64,000 nucleotides of DNA from Mobula hypostoma (lineage: Eukaryota): assembly GCF_963921235.1 (NCBI RefSeq), contig NC_086097.1, forward strand, positions 99,388,001 to 99,452,000, in the 5' to 3' direction. This document shows, piece by piece, positions 60,593 to 64,000 of the stretch. The notes beneath the pieces were generated by a model. The model saw only the letters and a program-made list of their open reading frames with translations. It had not been told where the DNA came from and ran no database searches. The stretch's first letter is position 1. Every line of letters starts with the position of its first letter. Both the position numbers and the translations under genes were made by a program.

Positions 60593-63500
60593 TAGTGGCT
60601 TTCTAACAGAGTTCTGGTTAACATTCCTGAGACTGATACGCAATGAGTGAAAGCAACACACTGAGTTGAGCAGGGTCTGGTTGAACTGTTTACTGTTTCA
60701 ATCCATGCGCGTTTAAGTGCCCGTTCCCAGCATCCCCCACACTTTGCAGGGTGGAAGTGACGTCGGCTTCCGGGCCGAGGTCTGCCCCGTACTCTCGGTT
60801 GCTGCTGGCTGCAGGCTCGCCCGCCACTGCTGGAGCCGGTTTGCTTGCCGTGTGGGTGAGCTGCCACATGACCCCCCCCCTCCCCCAGAACCGGCGATAG
60901 GAGGTGCAGAGCCCACAGCCTGCACACTCTCAGTTCTTTTAGGTGGCCGGCCTCATTGTCGTGGGGATGGTACTGCAACCGAGCATTCAAGGGCTTGATG
61001 CGCTGGTTTGAGACGGTCAATAGTAAAAGTCTCTTCACGACCACCGATGTCGAGAACACAGGTCGGCCCATTATGGCGCATCACCTTGTAGGGTCCCTCA
61101 TATGGTCACTGCAGGGGTGGTCCGTGCGCGCCTCGGTGAACAAAAACATACTCGCTCTGTTGTAGGTCCCTGGGCACGAAAGAGGGTGTTGTTCTGTGGT
61201 GGGACGTCGGAACTGGAGCAAGTGTTCCAAGCCGCTCCTGGAGTTTAGTTAGGACCCTAGCAGGTGTGTCCTCCTGGCCACGGGATGCTGGCACAGACTC
61301 ACTGGGAACTGTGAGCGGGGCACCGTAAACAAGTTCGGCCGATGATGCCGTGTGGATACCAAGCAGCACCCAGGGGAGTTCGTCCACCTAGTCTGGCCCT
61401 CAGAGGCGTGCCATCAGGGCCGACTTCAAGTGCCTGTGGAAACATTCCACCAGGCCGTTAGACTGCGGGTGGTAAGCAGTCGTTCGGTGGAGCTGGGTTC
61501 TGAGGAGTTGTGCCAGTGCAGACCACAAAGCCGATGTGAACTGCGAACCCCTGTCTGAAGTGACGTGGGCTGGGGGTCCGAACCGTGTCACCCAGGTGGT
61601 AATCAGGGCTCTGGTGCACGTCTCCGTGGCCGTGTCAGCAAGTGGGACAGCTTCCGGCCACCTCATGAACCTGTCCACCATGGTGAACAGGTATCTCGCT
61701 CCTCTCGAAACTGGCAGTGGCTGACGATGTCCACATGGACATGTTCAAACCTCCTATGTGTCGGCTGGAAGGGTTGCAGTGGGGCCCTCACGTGCCTCTG
61801 GATTTTGGAGGTTTGGCAGAGCGTGTATGTCCTGGCCCAGTGCCCGACCTCCTTGCGTAGGCCGTGCCACACAAACCTGTCTGCAATCAACCGGATGGTC
61901 GCCCAGATGGAAGAGTGGGCTAAACCGTGCAAGGCGTCGAAAACGCGGCACCTCCAGGCGGTCAGAACAATGGGCCGAGGTTGCCTGGTGGACACATCGC
62001 AAAGGAGCTTCTTACCTTCAGGCCCAATGGGTATGTCTTCGAGGTGGAGTCCTGAGACTGCAGTTTAGTACGCCAGCATCTCTCCGTCCAGCTGTTGCGC
62101 CTCAGCTAACGCCGCATAATCCACCCCCGGAGACAGAGAGTACACTGATTGGACGGAGGTTCGTGACAGCGCGTCTGCCACATTGTTCTTCCCGGAGATG
62201 TGCTTGATCGTGGTGGTAAACTCCAAAATGTACGACAGATGGCGTTGCTGGCGGCCCGACCACGGGTCCAACACCTTGGCAAACACGAAAGTGAGGGGCT
62301 TGGGGTCTGTGAAGGCCGTGAATTCCCTCCCTTCCAGGAAATACCTGAAGTGCCAGATGGCAAGGTACAGGGCCAGCAGTTCCCTGTCGAAAGTGCTGTA
62401 CTTAAGTTCCAGGGGTCGTAGATGCTGGCTGAAAAAAGCGAGCGGCTTCCACTGGCCTTCAATGAACTGCTCGAGCACGCCGCCAACTGCCGCATTGGAG
62501 GCATCCACAGTGAGGGCAGTGGGGACGTCGACCCGGGGGTGGACTAGGAGCATGGCGTTTGCTAGCGCGTTCTTGGCTTGTCCGAAAGCCGCCTTCGCCT
62601 CCTCTGTCCAGGTGACCTCTTTGACCTTGCCAGACATCAAGCTAAAAAGGAGCAGCATGATCCGGGCCGCTGAGGGCAGGAAACGGTGATAAAAGTTAAC
62701 CATCCCAACAAATTCCTGCAGGCCTTTAACAGTGCTGGGCCTGGCAAATTGGCGGATGGCTTCAACTTTCGCCGGTAGAGGAACAGCTCCATGGCGGTCG
62801 ATCTGGTGTCCCAAGAAGTCGATGGCGGATAGGCCGAACTGGCACTTGGCGGGGTTGATAGCCAGGCCGTGGTCGCTTAGGCAGCAGCAGAGCAGGTGTA
62901 GATGTGCTAGATGTTCCTGGTGGGAGCGGCTGGGGATAAGTATGTCATCCAGGTAGATGAACAGAAAGCCCAGACCTCGCCTTACTGCATCCATCAGGCG
63001 CTGGAACACCTGCACCGTGTTTTTGAGCCCGAGCGGCATCCTGAGGAACTTGAACAGGCCAATGGAGTAATGAGGGCCGTCTTGGGTACATCATCTGGGT
63101 GGACTGGGATCTGATGATACCCTCGGACCAGGTCAATCTTCAAAAAGATGCGCGCCCCGTGCAGGTTGGCCGTAAAGTCCTGGATGTGTGGTACCGGATA
63201 GCGATCGGACGTGGCGGCATCATTCAGCCTCCGACAGTCGCCGCACGGTCTCCACCCTCCCGTGGACTTGGACACCATATGGAGTAGGGAGGCCCACGGG
63301 CTGTCAGAACACTGCACAATCCCCATCTCCTCCATCTTCTTGAATTCCTCCTTCGCGAGGTGGAGCTTGTCGGGCGGCAGCCTGCGGGCCCGGGCATGAA
63401 GGGAAGGTCCCTGTGTGGGGATGTGGTGCATCACGCCGTGCTTGGGGTTTGTTGAGGAAAACTGCGGCGTGATGATAGCTGGGAACTCCGATAACACTCT

Positions 63501-64000
63501 GGCGAACTCGTTGTCGGAATAAGTGACGGAGTCCAGGTGCGGGGCCGGTAACCTGGCCTCACCGAGGGAGAAAGACTGGAACGTCTTCGCATCGACCACT
63601 CATCGTCCCTTCAAATCCACGGGCAGGCAGTGCGCGCGGAGGAAGTCCGCACCCGGCAATGGCTGTGACACTGCAGACAGCGTAAGTGTCCATGTAAAGC
63701 GACTGGAACCGAACTGCAAGGGGATGGTTCTTGTGCCGTAGGTGCGGATGGTGCTGCTGTTGGCTGCCGTAAGTTCCGGTCCTGTTCTTCTAGTTCGGGT
63801 ATCGTGGCTTGAGGGGGGTAGGACACTGATTTCCGCCCCAATGTCCACCAGGAATCTTCGCCCAGAGAGCTTGTTCCAAACGTAGAGGAGGCTATCACGG
63901 TGACCAGCCGCCATAGCCATCAGCGACGGCTGGTCCTGGTGTTTCCCTGGAATGAACATGGCAATCGGCAGCGGCGGGCCCCAGAACCCCACCTTTGATG
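60593..64000 (-). mobile_element. Second CsRn1/Kabuki-like Gypsy element (diverged subfamily), cut by the window edge, degraded
   Basis: PR (FLVDIGAEIS), RT (YLDD), RH and IN fragments collinear with element 1; PPT about 60872-60886; 3' LTR inner end TGTGGCAGC at 60868, outer end uncertain (~60593). Confidence 0.92.
62065..63039 (-). pseudogene. Gypsy pol RT/RNase H fragment
   Basis: 324-aa ORF with FIYLDD, TVDAS, FTD.KPL. Confidence 0.9.

Overview
Vertebrate genomic DNA, most likely from a cartilaginous fish (shark or ray; inferred from the repeat types). The window holds the 3' half of one host gene on the minus strand: 16 coding exons (59084 down to 6368) of a phospholipase C beta, closest to PLCB2. 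All 16 have AG/GT boundaries with compatible phases and join into an open 1725-nt (575-codon) frame: Y-box, C2 domain, Galphaq-binding helix-turn-helix and C-terminal coiled-coil domain. The upstream exons and the last exon appear to lie outside the window. Nearly all long ORFs in the supplied track come from transposons or tandem repeats in the introns. These include near-full-length and truncated CR1 LINEs, a Rex1/Babar LINE with fragments, an L1 3' end, two CsRn1/Kabuki-type Ty3/Gypsy elements, an 829-bp solo LTR, Penelope-like remnants, tRNA-derived SINEs and four minisatellites. There is no CRISPR array and no prokaryotic system. I found no convincing wholly new system. The most interesting signals are a TSD-flanked fold-back Penelope-like element with a minimal hammerhead ribozyme motif in each arm, and a -1 frameshift hairpin with compensatory changes shared by the two Gypsy elements. 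Family assignments rest on recalled motifs, not database searches.
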